Source: Octopus vulgaris (lineage: Eukaryota). From it: 64,000 nucleotides of DNA. The notes beneath the pieces are model-generated. The model saw nothing but the letters and a program-made list of their open reading frames with translations, was not told the origin of the DNA and made no database searches. Where the stretch lies: the NCBI GenBank assembly GCA_951406725.2, contig OX597818.1, forward strand, positions 41,726,001-41,790,000. The letters are read 5' to 3'. Within the stretch, counting starts at the first letter, position 1; each line of letters starts with the position of its first letter. The position numbers and the translations under genes are program-made. Positions 27,391 through 40,801 of this stretch are shown one piece after another.

Positions 27391-27590
27391 CCCTTTAGTA
27401 TTCAGAATACTCTATTTATATTGTTTTGAATTTATCATGCACTGTCTTGTAGTTTATAGATTTCAATGTTGCAGTTGCTTAATTTTAGAATGGCATTGTA
27501 AGGTTGAGGTGAGAGGCCAGATCTAATCAGTTTCAACATAAAACAGGTTAAATATTTTGGCTGGATTTCACCGGTCTGAATGCTAATGGG
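27391..27590. mobile_element. piggyBac-type MITE
   Basis: TTAA|CCCTTTAGTATTCAGA ... TCTGAATGCTAATGGG TIRs (14/16 match); related copy at 45363-45567. Confidence 0.7.
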
Positions 27591-27925
27591 TTTTGCTGCA
27601 AATAAACACTGAAAAAACATGACTTTTCAAATTTTCCTTCCATACTAATCTGGGGAATTTTGTTTCTTTCTTTATAAAAATCTTTATTTTTTTGAAGGTT
27701 AGTAGTGGTAACTAAAACAATATAATACTTGGTTATCTATTTTACAGTACTTAGTTATATATTAGGGGTCTAGAATTTAATCCTTTGTGTGTACTGACAA
27801 AGTGTATGATTTTTTTTGGATTGTTACTCTGTTAATCTCATCTTTTTGTTGTATCCTGGGAGGGCTATTATGCTGATAATAAACATATGTACTAGTTTAT
27901 TGCACTTCTTTTATCATTATCATTA

Positions 27926-28114
27926 TTAACTCTGCCTTGGTGAAGGCAGAGGTATTGTTTCAGTCGTGTTTGTTTGTATGTCCATGGACAAAATATCTCA
28001 AGAACCACTGGATGGATTTGGATGAAACTTTCAGAGATGTTTGGCCTCGTGACTGGCATGAACTGATTAGATTTTGGGATCAATCTGGTACCGAACAAGG
28101 ATTCTAGAATATTT
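27926..28114 (+). mobile_element. Helentron/HINE (DINE-1-like) 5' part
   Basis: Starts at TT with the hairpin ctctgcctt-ggtg-aaggcagag, then a (TGTT)n tract and tatctcaagaacc..ggatgaaacttt, the HINE-type layout. Confidence 0.6.
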
Positions 28115-28663
28115 GTTATATTTACTTTACATGATTATGATCTTATGTTGACTTTCAAGTCTTTCTCAAATATCTCCCTTTAGGCTGTTTCCAAAGTTTT
28201 ATTTTCATTTCTCTATTATTAATTTTACTTGCATCTCTATCTTAGTAGAAACTGACCGATAAAGAAATTAAACTACATAAACAAACGGCAGCAAAACCAT
28301 TCAGAAATTAAACAACACTAACATATTTTTATAATATATAAGTAAATTTCCCACTACATATATATTATATATTATACATGCATATTAACACTTTACAGTA
28401 TACTTAAATATATACATCAATCTAAACCAACAGGCATATTAAAGGAAGGCAGGAATTTAAGAGAAGAGAACACCAAAAGGCCTCATACTATTCATTTAGA
28501 AATTCCAGAGTAGAACTTATTATCATACCTCTACCTTTGAAACTATTTTGAATGGTGAATTTGTTAACTTTGGCTTGTATTAGATAAGGATAAACTATCT
28601 ATTACTGTTACTAAGTTTTCTACAGCTACCTCCACATTCCATGATTACCAGTGGGATTCATCA
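28115..28663 (-). mobile_element. Insertion into the HINE, ending in a possible hammerhead motif
   Basis: Flanked by a 28-bp duplication (28087-28114 / 28664-28691, 3 mismatches); minus strand begins CTGATGA...GAAAActtagTAacag. Confidence 0.4.
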
Positions 28664-28972
28664 GGTACCGGACAAGGATTCTGGATTATTTCTAAGTGTA
28701 TTAATATTATTGATAGTAATAATAATGATTTAAAATTTTGGCACAAGGCCCGTAATTTCGGGGTTGGGGTGGAGGTAAGTTGATTACATTGACCTCAGTG
28801 ATCAACTAGAACTTACTTTATCAATCCCAAGAGCATGAAAAAGGCGAAATTGACCTCAACGGAATTTGAACTCAGAACACGAAGACAGAGGAAATGCTAA
28901 GCATTTTGCCTGACATGCTAATGGTTCTGCCAGCTCATCAAACTGCTGCTGCTGCTGCTACTACTTATAATG

Positions 28973-29004
<32 letters not shown>

Positions 29005-30904
29005 GATGATGAGGAGGAGGAGGAGGCATCAACACCATTCCTTGATTGGTACTTTATTTTTATCTTACTAATCCTAGAGGGATGAAAGGCAAAGTTGACT
29101 TTGGCAGGATTACAGCTCCCTGATGACCAAAGGGCTGGTGCTTTGATGAAGTAGGGCTACAGCAGAGAGGGTTGTGGTTTTATGCTAGGAGTTAAAATAT
29201 GACAGGAACAAGAACAGAACAAATTTCTTGTGAGAGATACACGGATAATCGCATTATTGAAGAGAGGATTAGAGTAACCCAGGAGGAGCTGGAGAGATAA
29301 AATAGTGGTGATGAAGTGTAAGGGTGAACCCTCAAGGTACCTGTATTTTGAGTGGGGACAGAAGAGCTGCAAGTGTAGGTGAGTAGAGGTTGTAAAACCG
29401 TATGAGGAGAATGAGAGATGGTTGGAGCTGGTGAGGGAAGTAAATATATTGAATAAAGAATAGATGTTCATCCAAGTGTCAAATCCGTTTTGACTTATAA
29501 CAGTTTTATACTTTTTCTTTTTCTCTAGAAATAAAAAGGCAAAAAAGTATATAATTATTGGTGGAGAAGCAGAACTGGAATAAATCCTTGCAGAATTTAG
29601 TCATTTCCTTTTATAGCCTGAATGAAACACTAACATAGCTGACACTGCTTTTAATCCCTCTACAGTGGATAAGAACCAGTAATATATTGGGGTCAGTTCA
29701 TTATCATCACCATCATCATTTAATGTATCTTTTCTATGCAGGCATGGGTCAGATGGTTTGACAGAAGCTGAAAAGGCTGGGGGCTGCATCAAACTCCAAT
29801 GGTCTGTTCTAGTATGGTTTCTACAGCTGGATGCCCTTCCTAATGCCAACTGGATGCTTTTTATGTGGCACCAGCATGAGTGCTTTTTTATGTAGAACCA
29901 GCAAGTGTTTTTAATGTGGCACCAACATCAGTGTTTTTCACATGGCACCAGCAGCAACATCAACTCTGCTGTGGTGGATTGGTCTTTCCCACTCAACATG
30001 TTCCTTGGCTCGTTATTTGTTGTTATTAGGCTATTGCAGGGTTGATAAATTAAGTACCAGTTGAGTACTGGGGTCTATGTAATTGACTACCTTCCACTCC
30101 AAATTTCAAGCCTTGTGCCTATAACTGAAAGGAATATTAGGTTGTTGGCAAAAGCAGCAAATTAGCAGATTCGTTAGTATGCTGGGAAAAATATTTAGCA
30201 GAATTTCATCTGTCATTACGCTCTAAGTTCAAATTCCGTCGTGGTTGACTTTGCCCTTCATCCTTTCGGGGTCAATAAAATAAGTACCAGTTGGATAGTG
30301 GGGTTGATGTAGTTGACTTATCCCTCCCCAGAAATTGCTGGCCTTGTGCCAAAATTTTAACCCATTATCAATTTGTTGGCAGTTATGGCATTCCTATAGC
30401 ACTTGAAAAACTATTGATTTCTTTAGATTATGCATTGAGCCAATTTATGTATATGTGAAGTGCAATTGATTGAATCTTGTGTTTATTTTATCGACTTTGG
30501 AAGAAAGGATAAAGGCAACATTGAACTTAAGTGGATTCAAACTCAGTGAATAGCTAGGTACCGAATTAGGAACAAATATTCGGTCTGATATTCCCCTCTT
30601 TCAATCATTTCCCCATCCCTTGGTCCATTAAAGGAATATTGGTATTGGTTAAATCAAATATAGTAGAAACTATATCTAATATGCCTACATGTTTTTGTAT
30701 ACATACATATAGTTTATTCATACATTTTACACACATGCACAGACACGTATATATATATATATATATATATACATACATACATATAGTTTATACATATATT
30801 TTACACATACACACGTGTATATACATACATATATATATATATATACACACACACACGTATATATACATAAATATACATGCATATATGTATATACATATAT
30901 ATCC

Positions 30905-31112
30905 TTAAAAATGTTTCAGCCTGAAAGCTGCGGCCATGCTGGGGCACCACCATTGAATGTTTGAATGTGCTACACACGTATGTGAAACCACCTCTGATAT
31001 GTGGCACTTGGTCAACAAGGGAGTTCGACGCTGCTGCCCGCTTCTGTGTTTCCTGCCAAGAGGTAGGTTCATCTGGAACCCCTGACAAGAAGAGATCCAG
31101 TTCAGTTTTAAA
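30905..31112 (-). mobile_element. CR1-clade LINE extreme 3' end
   Basis: FKTELDLFLSGVPDEP..RAAASNSLVDQ followed by 3'UTR ggtggtgccccagcatggccgcagc..ctgaaaca. Confidence 0.8.
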
Positions 31113-34100
31113 TATATATATGTATACAAACATATATATATATATATATATATATCATCATCATCACTTGTGTGGCTGTGTTGAAGAAGCTTGCTTTCCA
31201 AGTATGTGGTCATGGGTTCAGTGTTGTTGCACAGTCCCATGGATAAGCATGTCTCTTACTATAGCCTTGGGCCAACCAACACCTTGTGAGTAGATTGACA
31301 GATGGAAACTGAAAGAAGCTAGTCATATATGTATGTATACAGGCGTGGCTGTGTGGTAAGAAGTTTGCTTGCTTCCCAACCACATGGTTCCGGGTTCAGT
31401 CGCACTGCATGGCACCTTGGGCAAGTGTCTTCTACTATAGCCTTGAGTCGACCAAAGCCTTGTAAATGGATTTTGTAGACGGAAACTGAAAGAAATTCAT
31501 CATATATATATATATATATATATGTATGTATTTATATGTGTATGTCTTTGTGTCTGTGTTTGTTCCCTCACCATCGCTTGACAACTAATGTTGGTGTGCT
31601 TGTGTCCCCATAACTTAGCGGTTTGGCAAAAGAGACTGATAGAATAAGTACTAGGCTTACAAAGAATAAGTCCTGGGATTGATTTGTTCGACTAAAGGCA
31701 GTGCTTTAGTTACATGACTGAAACAAGTAAAGCAATAAAAAACTATGCCATCTTAATCCCGAGCAATACTGGGTATCTCTGCTAGTTCTATATAAGCAAA
31801 TCTTCATATTCTCTTTACTCTTTTACTTGTTTCAGCAAATCGACCCCAAGACTTATTCTTTGTAAGCCTAGTACTTATTCTATTGTTCTCTTTTGCCGAA
31901 CCGCTAAGTTACGGGGACGTAAACACACCAGCATCGGTTGTCAAGTGATAAACACACAAACACACATATATATACATATATACGACAGGCTTCTTTTAGT
32001 TTTCATCAACAAAATCCACTCAGAAGGCTTTGGTTGGCCTGAGGCTATAGTAGAAGACACTTGCCCAAGGTGCCACGCAGTGGGACTGAACCTGGAACCA
32101 TGTGGTTGGTAAGCAAGCTACTTATCACACAGCCACTCCTACACCTATGTATTACTTTTTTTTACTTGTTTCATGCTGAGGTACCATCTTGAAGAATTTT
32201 AGTCAAAAGAATTGACCCAAGTACTTAAGATTTGCATTCTTAAACTGGGTACTTATTTTATCAGTCTCTTCTGCTGAACCACTACATTACATATGTGTGT
32301 GTGGGTGTGTTTTTGTGAGTAGCCTTGTCTTGACATCATGTGATGGTTATAAACAAGCATTACTGTCATATAAGCAATGTTGTTTGTTCATAAGGCATCC
32401 AGCTGTAAAAAATCTGCCTCAACTAATTCTGTCTGACCCGTGGAAGTGTGGAAAAGTCACCTGAGCACTGTATACAATAATTTCATTATTATTATTTTAT
32501 TATTTAAATGATGATGATGATGATCATCATAATGATGATATATATTCTTCTATTCTTTTACTTGTTTCAATCATTTGACTGTGGCCATGCTGGAGCACCA
32601 CCTTGAAGAATTTTAGTTGAAAAAAATCAATCCCAGTACTTATTCTTTTAAGCTTAGTACTTATTCTATCAGTCTCTTTAGCTGAACTGCTAAGTTACAG
32701 GGATGCAAACACACCAACACCGGTTGTCAAGAGGTGATGGGGGGACAAACACAGAGATATATAAACATATATATATATATATACATATTTATTTATTTCA
32801 TATACACACTTGCTTTGATATGTTGAGAAGTTGATTTCCCAAGCACATGCTTTTGGGTTCAATCCCACAGTGTGGTACTTTGGGTGTCTTCTACTATAGC
32901 TCCAGGCTGACCAAAGCCTTGTGAATGGAGCTGACAGACAGAAACAGAAAGAAGGCAGCCATAAATAAATATATATGTGTATGTTTAAATCTGATATCAC
33001 ATATACAAAAGTGCAGTAGGAGGTGGTGTTGTCACTTTTGCCAGTCAAATTTGCCACTTTGAGCCTTAAAAGCCATTTTAGTCATTAGACAGTGGTCATG
33101 ATTGAGAACTATGTTGAAGAATTTTAGTCAAAAGAATCAATAATTTTTATAAGTCTCGACCTTATTCAATTGGTCTCTTTTGTTGAACTGTTAAGTTACA
33201 GGGGATGTCAACACACCAGCACCTATTGTCAAGCAGTGGTGGGGGGCAAACACACACATGTATATAATATACAATCAATTTCTTTCAGTTTCCATCTACC
33301 AAATCGACAGACAAGTGTTTGGTTGGCCTGAGGCTATAGAAGACACTTTCCCAAAGTGCCATGCAGTGAGACTGAACCTGGAACCATGTGTTTGGGAAGC
33401 AAATTTCTTACCACATGACCACGTCTGTGCCTATCACAAGAACAAGTAAGGGTTAGTGCCAGGAAAGGTATCTGGTTGAAAAACAATGTGTCAAGTAAAA
33501 TATTTGCCCAACATATGTAAACATGGGAAAACAAATCTAAAATGAACAACTATTTTCTCTTTCCCATGTTTCACAACCCTCACACAACCCACATCACCAC
33601 CCCAGTACTGTCTCCACTCCTACTCTTTCCACAATCATCCTCCCACAACCCTAAATATCTTTCTATCTCCACCTTGCATAAAATCATCACACTCTTTCCT
33701 TCTATTTTCTTTCAATTATAGGGACTACTTTAGTACTTGCAAAATGCAAGGTGATTTCACCCATGTTGGTGCCACAAAAATGCCCCTGTAAAATGGTTGG
33801 TGTTAAAAAAAGGCATCCAGCCATGGAAACCATGCCAAAACAGACAATGGAGCTTGATGTAGTCAGTTGACTCATTGGATCCTGCTAAACCATCTGACTC
33901 TTTCCTCCATAGTGAGGAGACATTAAATTATGCTGACAATGATGATGGTATGCATATGCACACATACATACATTAACTTGATCTTGGTGATCTAAGCTCT
34001 ACTAAAATCAGTTATGTGGCAAAGCATCCAGTTGTGAAAACAACAAAAATGTTAGAAAGGAAGGAAAGGACATTTTATTCTTGGACAACCAAGGAAATGC

Positions 34101-34309
34101 TGGTGGTATGATAAAATGCATGTAGTCCATACTGTAAAGTGGTTTAAGGAAAATATAAATGGAGACAACATGAGGTAAAAGAAGCTTTTTAAACTTTTCA
34201 GAACAACTGTGGTGTTTGTGACAGCAAAATGTATCCAGTCTGTACAGTAAAGGGATTAGTGGTAAGAAGGGTATCCAATTATAAAAGCTGTGCCAAAAAT
34301 AATGATATG

Positions 34310-36052
34310 TTGTTAAAACCCATGTAATTTGCACACCTGTGTAATTTACACAGGTGATTTTCTGGATAAAACTTATTAAAAAAGCTTCTGCTCATGTAAA
34401 ATTCATGCTCAAAAGCTTTCAGAATTGCCAATATAGCCAGGGAAAAAAGGTTTTCAATTTAGTTGTATTTAGCATAATTTCACTTACTTATTAAAAAAAT
34501 TATAAAATTATGATGAAATTATTGTATACAGTGCTCAGGTGCACCACAACTTATGATTAGATTTTATTAAATTTTCAATAAATAAAAATAATTTCTTTTT
34601 AACAGATATCATGTTGAAATTACAAAATGTTTGTGTTGTTTATAATAAACTTCCTTTTACATTTCTTGCCCATAAGAGAATTATGTCTGATCTTTAGCAT
34701 ACCACTGTATGTCTTCTCAAATCGCAATCACAAGAAAAGTTGTTAAGAATTACTAACAAAAACGAAGCTAATAAATAGGCACAGGTGTTGCAAATTAAGT
34801 TTAATTACCAATAAGCATCAGCTTGGACGATACTTTACTCAACTGACAGAGAAAGGTGACCGATCAAACTGATTATGTAAACAGAATTCCTTTCTGCCTA
34901 TTCTTGTTGGAACCTTTGATATGGAGTATCAAAATTTTGATCTCTTTCACACTTATAAAATATCAAGCAAACTTAAAAATTTGTCATTACCGTTATTGTC
35001 AGTATGGGCAGAACTTATGAATCGTTTACTGCGAAGGAAAAATTAAATATGTTGAATATGCATTTGAACATGACATTAGAGCTGCTGGAAGGCATTTTTA
35101 TGTTAATGAATCCAATGTTAGAAATTGGCATAAACAGTACGACAAACTTAAAACTGTGCCTGATAATAAAACAGACAAAAATAAAAACATACAATCAAGA
35201 TTATCCGTATCATTACATTTTTTTCAGTCAAGAATATTCATAGGCGCAGGAGTGGCTGTGTGGTAAGTAGCTTGCTAACCAACCACATGGTTCCGGGTTC
35301 AGTCCCACTGCGTGGCATCTTGGGCAAGTGTCTTCTGCTATAGCCTCGGGCCGACCAATGCCTTGTGAGTGGATTTGGTAGACGGAAACTGAAAGAAGCC
35401 TGTCGTATATATGTATATATATATATATGTGTGTGTGTGTTTGTGTGTGTGTGGTTGTCCCCCTAGCATTGCTTGACAACCGATGCTGGTGTGTTTACGT
35501 CCCCGTCATTTAGCGGTTCGGCAAAAGAGGCCGATAGAATAAGTACTGGGCTTACAAAGAATAAGTCCCGGGGTCGATTTGCTCGACTAAAGGCGGTGCT
35601 CCAGCATGGCCACAGTCGAACGACTGAAACAAGTAAAAGAGTAAAAGAGTAAAGAGTATATCACTATGTATATCAATAGTGCTCCATTGTGATAGGTAGA
35701 AATTCCAAGCAATGTAAAATATGGCCCAAACCGTGTTTACCAGCATGGACGTCAAACTTCAAAAAGTAGTTAACTATTTAACGGTTTTAGTAAATTTATA
35801 GAGAAAAAGTAAGCATTATACTGTCCAGCGTACATAAAAGTTAACTTCATTATATTTAAGCCATTATTTTTTTCTGTGAAAACCTATTCTGATATTAAAT
35901 GAGTCAACTTCCAGTACAAATGTTTGTTTTGTATGTCTTTTTTGAACAAAAAAAAAAATTCTGGAAATGATCTTCTCATAAAATTTATGCACCCACTAAA
36001 GTTTATTTTTATTTTTGCGAAAAAAGTGTATAAATTACATGGGTTTTTATGG
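34310..36052 (+). mobile_element. pogo/Tc2-type deletion derivative, interrupted by a SINE
   Basis: Imperfect TIRs ttgttaaaacccatgtaatttgcacac / gtgtataaattacatgggtttttatgg+TA; frameshifted Brinker-type DBD start MGRTYESFTAKEKL..AFEHDIRAAGRHF.VNESNVRNW at 35004. Confidence 0.7.
35243..35656 (+). mobile_element. Intact tRNA-derived SINE family A (CR1-type tail)
   Basis: tggctgtgtggt A box, ggttcagtccc B box, internal (TA)/(TG) tract, tail ggcggtgctccagcatggcc..ctgaaacaagt(aaaagagt)n; CpG-rich, so probably young. Other copies at ~13257-13768, 31341-31732, 36660-37002, 42035-42390, 55660-56090 (+) and 5445-5650, 23300-23597, 31808-32143, 32548-32770, 33075-33432 (-). Confidence 0.9.
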
Positions 36053-37859
36053 TATACATCAGAGTTGGCCAGTTTTTCTCATGCAAGGCTACAGCATGTG
36101 GCAAGATGATGTGAAATGCATCCAACTCATGCTAGTATGGAGAAAGACTCAAAACACTGAAAATGACAACAACGGCAACAATGAAAATAATTTCTCTCAT
36201 TTGTAGGTTATATCAAAGTTTCATTCGAATTGTTTTATCTAGTTCCAGATCTCAATAAAGTTTTATTTTCTCTGAGCATTGAGCCAGTTTCTTCTTGTCA
36301 ATTTTACTTAAGTAGAATTAAAAAGCTGGAAGAGAAAATTGAGTGTAAATTACACGAGCTGAAATTACAAGAGAAATACCACCACAACCAAAAAAATTAG
36401 GATTTAACAAAATAGAGAGAAACTCACCCAAAGCATATATGTATTGGGTGGTGTCAACAACTTCTGAATTGTCTGAAAAATAGCATTATGTGAAATCCCA
36501 GTAGGCAGAGTTCACATGAAATTAAATGACTGGTAAGAGGTTGATAGGAGTTTAGGTGATGAAATATAAACTGAGTCAGTAACTCTTACTGGATCAGCCC
36601 ATCTAATAATAAATAAATACAATGGTTAGATAGTTCAGTTGTAGGCAGAGGGAGCAGTGAGCATGGCTGTGTGGTAAAAAGCTTGCTTTCTAACCACATG
36701 ATTCTAGGTTCAGTCCCATTGCATGGCGCCTTCAGCAAGTGTCTTCTACTACAGCTTAGGGCAGACCAAAGCCTTGTGAGTGGATTCAGTAGACAAACTC
36801 TGGAAGAGGCTCATTGTGTGTACATGTGTGTGTGTATGTGTTTGTCCTCCACCACCACTTGAAAACCAGTGTTGGTGTGTTTATGTCCCCATAACTTAGC
36901 AGTTTGTCAAAAGAGGCCGATAGGATACCAAACTTAAGTACTAGAGTCAATTCATTCAAATAAAATTTCTTCAAGACAATGCTCCAGTCTGATTGAAACA
37001 AGATGAAAAAAAAAAAAAGGTTGCATTCTCATTCACATCCGGGCCATGATCTTCCAGACTTACACTCCTATTTCAACCTACTTTTCATCAATATCAGACC
37101 AAAGTGAACTCATTTAGCTAGTAGATAGGTTTCTACAAAATATTTTAATCAATATTGATGCTATCTAATGTTAATAATTTGATTTCTATCATCATATAAC
37201 CATTAACAAATGTAGTCATATTTTTATACAATTGATTTCATCCTAACACCAGCAGAGTAGGTGCAGGCATGGCTGTATGGTTAAGATGTTTGCTTCACAA
37301 CCATATGGTTCCATGTTCAGTTTCACTTTATAGCTCCTTGGCAAGCATCTTGTATAGCTCAAGTCAGCAGAAAGCTTGCAAGTGGATTTGGTAGAGAGAA
37401 ACTGAAAGAAGCCTCTATGTGAATATATCATCATCATCATCGTTTAATGTCCACTTTCCATCGATTGGATAGTTTCACTGAGGACTACCAAGCCTGTCCT
37501 AAATATATATCATCATCGTTTGACGTCCATTTTCCATGCTAGCACAGGTTGGACGGTTTGACTGGGGTCTGGGAAGCCAGGAGGCTGCACCAGGCTCCAG
37601 TCTGATCTGGTAGCGTTTCTACAGCTGGATGCCCTTCCTAACGCCAACCACTCCATGAGTGTAATGGGTGCTTGTTACGTATCACCGGTACAGGTGCCAG
37701 GGGAGGCTGGCTGCGGACACGATCGGTTGGTGCTTTTTATGTGCCACCAGCACAGAAGCCAGTCAAGACGGTGCTGGCATCAGTCACGTTTGGATGGTGC
37801 TTTTATATATATATATTTATATATATGTGTGTGTGTGTGTTGTTGTCACCAGCACACTT

Positions 37860-38370
37860 GCGTCCAAATTTGGTTCATCTCATACCTCCATGATGCTTAA
37901 ACCTGATATAGAAGGCCAAATCAGGAATAGAACAGTCTTGAGCATTGTTTGAATCACAGGGCAGGTGGTGGTCTTGGCTGGAATTGCCTTCCTTTTACTT
38001 CTTCAGTCTTTCACCTCTTCTTGAAATGGAACAACTGAAATGAATTGCTCTTCACCAGGATGGATGATCAGCGGGATCTGTTCCCTAGGTGTTAGGGTTG
38101 ATCCAGCTAGGAGGATCAAAAAGACCTGTAAAAGCTCGAGAGTTTCCAATAAGCCAAGCTTTCACAGATCCTCAACATGAAACAGCAGGATGAATGCACC
38201 AACAACGAAGTCCTCAATCATTCAGAAATGCCAAGCATTGAAGCTGTCATCCTCAAACATCACCTCTTGTGGTCATGATATGTCATCCAACTGGCCCCTT
38301 TAAGACTCCTAAGGATCATCCACAGGGGGCTTGTGAACAGCAAGTGATATCAAGGAGCCCCAAAATGCAG
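37860..38370. mobile_element. RTE(BovB-like) 3' fragment with 5' inversion
   Basis: 38115-38370 (+) encodes KLERFQ*..QIL..TNNEVL..MPSIEAVILK..W; 37860-38110 (-) carries the downstream C-terminus (QCSRLFYS*FGL). Confidence 0.55.
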
Positions 38371-40426
38371 ATGTATATGTGTGTGTGTCTAATTATCTTT
38401 TTGCTTTGACAGTTGTAAATGAGTGCCCTCATCATACAAGCAGTGTCCTTTGCTTCCAATCTTCTGTGAAAACATATCTGGCCATAATATTACCTTACTT
38501 GGAAACAGTTTAGGGTTGGCAATAGGAAGGGACATCTGGTTATAGAAATCTGCCTGATGCACACAAGCATGGAAAAATGAATGTTAAAATGATGATAATG
38601 GAAATTCCTACAGGACAGCTTGCTGAGTGCCACAGACCAAGTTTGTGGATGGTGCAAAGTCCCTTCCAGACCTAGAGTTACTTGGTGGTGGAATAGTACA
38701 GTAGACAAAGCCATCAGAGCAAAGAAACAGGCCTGGAAAGTCTGGAGAGATGGGGGTAGCAGGGAACTGTACCAAGTAGCCAAAAGGGAGGCTGGGTGGC
38801 AGGTATACATAGCCAAGGGTGAAGCAGAAAAGAAGTTTGCCAATGTCCAATGACATGAGGACCATGCTGGATAGGTCAAAGAATGGACTACCTCTTCCCA
38901 AAGGTAAAAATTTGTTTGTGTAAGGCCAGCATCCCTACCTAAAAATGCAAAGTTACAGAAGCATCAATGACAATTCAGAACCAACAAGACTTGAGAGAAG
39001 AAGGCCTTACGTAGGGCAGCAAAATCTGAAAGGAAGCTGCAAAGTTGATTTTCCCTTCTGAGACAGCTCAGATTTAGGGGAGAAAGGTCATTGATAGCCC
39101 ATCCTCCATAGGAAGTGATGGGCTTAAGCTAAAACATGATATACATAAATATATCCACTTCTTTTCAACTAGGCACAAAATCATTATGTTTTAGAGTTGG
39201 AAAATTGATGACTTGTGATAGCCATGCCTTTCACAAGGAGATTAGTGATATAAATAAAATAAATGAACTTCAATTGAGAATTGAAACAGCATTCACCATC
39301 TCAGCTTCCCAGGAGTTACATTTAGCAATAACTGAAATGTTCTGATTGAAGAACTGAGACATGGTGTAAAATAAAGTCTAAAACTGAATTTTAGAGATTT
39401 CATTTCATGTACATTAATATCTGAAAGCATGCCCATCACAACACATTGTCTCTCTCGATAAATATAACTTTTGCTTGCATACAAAAATAGTGTAATCATA
39501 GAATGAAATGACAGTGTCCTGATCTAAAATGGGTTTGCATTTATAATTCAGTTTATGAGATCCTATCTTTCTCTCTACAGGTTATTTGGCTATGTTTGCA
39601 AAGCTACAAAACACAAGTAAATTAAAATAGTTCAACTGGGAATCAAACGTATACACTTGATTATCACTATTTTGTCTACAATTGATGATCTTAGGTTTTG
39701 TCTTAACAACAACTTATTTCCTATAGCCAGAGGAACCTTCCAGTTGCCAACCCTCACTTGTCTCTAAGCAAGGTAATTTTTCACTATGGAATGCAACAAA
39801 CAAACAACATTGCTTGTATGATGGTGATGCTCATTTGCAAGTATCACATGATGTCAAAACAAATGTACACACAGATGCATACACATATAGTTACATAAAC
39901 AATGGGCTTCTTTCAGTTTCAGTCTATGAAATCCACTCTTAAAATTTTGGTCAGCCTAGGGTTACAACAGAAGACACTTGCCCAAGATGCCATGCAGTGA
40001 GACTGAACCCAAGACCACATAGTTGGGAAGCAAGCTTCTTAATCATACAGCTGCACCTGAGCCAGATGTCTTCAGAAAGATGTTCAAATTACAGAAATAA
40101 TATTTGAGGAAAGATAAACATTTGAAATTGGTAAGAAGTGATTCGATGATATGGAACCAGAGAATTGAGAGAAAGTGTTATATTGAAAGCAAAATGTGAG
40201 CTAAGTAAAGAAAGCTTCTAATTAAAAGATTATAAAACACAAGAAAAGCATAAGAAATTATACTGAAATAGTATTCTAACTCTACACCTAGGTTGAGACA
40301 AATTATTGTTATGCATTCATTAGATTTTTCCACCTGATAATGGTACTGCTATGCAGGTGAAACCATATTTATATTTAGATATGCAGTAACATATCAATAT
40401 TAGTTGACTAATAAATAATTTCCCAT

Positions 40427-40801
40427 TACGTTTATATATTCATTTTGCATGATTCTTGATGTGAATTCATGTGTTGAAACAGATATTGTTGTATTTGGGG
40501 ATGGTCATGTTGCCAGTTTAGCCAATGAAAATGTATGCACTCTATATTTGGTGTTCACTTGCTTCAGCTTTATTTTATATTAATTGTATTTCGGCCAGAG
40601 TTCTTTTATCACACTTCTGTGACCTCATCAGCGGTCCTTTGCTTTCTGCTTTCTTTTTTGTCTCTGTCTTACTAAAGTGACGAAAGAACTCTGGCTGAAA
40701 TACAATTAATATAAAATAAAACTGAAGCAAGTGAACACCAAATATATAGTGCATTGTGTTTTTATTGGCTAAACTGGCAACATGACCATCCCCAAATACA
40801 A
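40427..40801 (-). mobile_element. Foldback Penelope-pLTR-like insertion with hammerhead motif
   Basis: About 130-bp inverted arms (40484-40612 / 40677-40807); 14-bp TSD aaataatttcccat (40413-40426 / 40802-40815); minus strand 40634-40593 ccg-CTGATGA-g-gtcac(agaagt)gtga[ta]AAA-g(aa)c-TC-tgg; the right arm keeps gtgacGAAA. Confidence 0.8.

Noticed and set aside
36441-36607. Mariner-type MITE (tattgggtggt ... cccatctaata)
   Set aside because: The inverted-repeat match is too short and imperfect.
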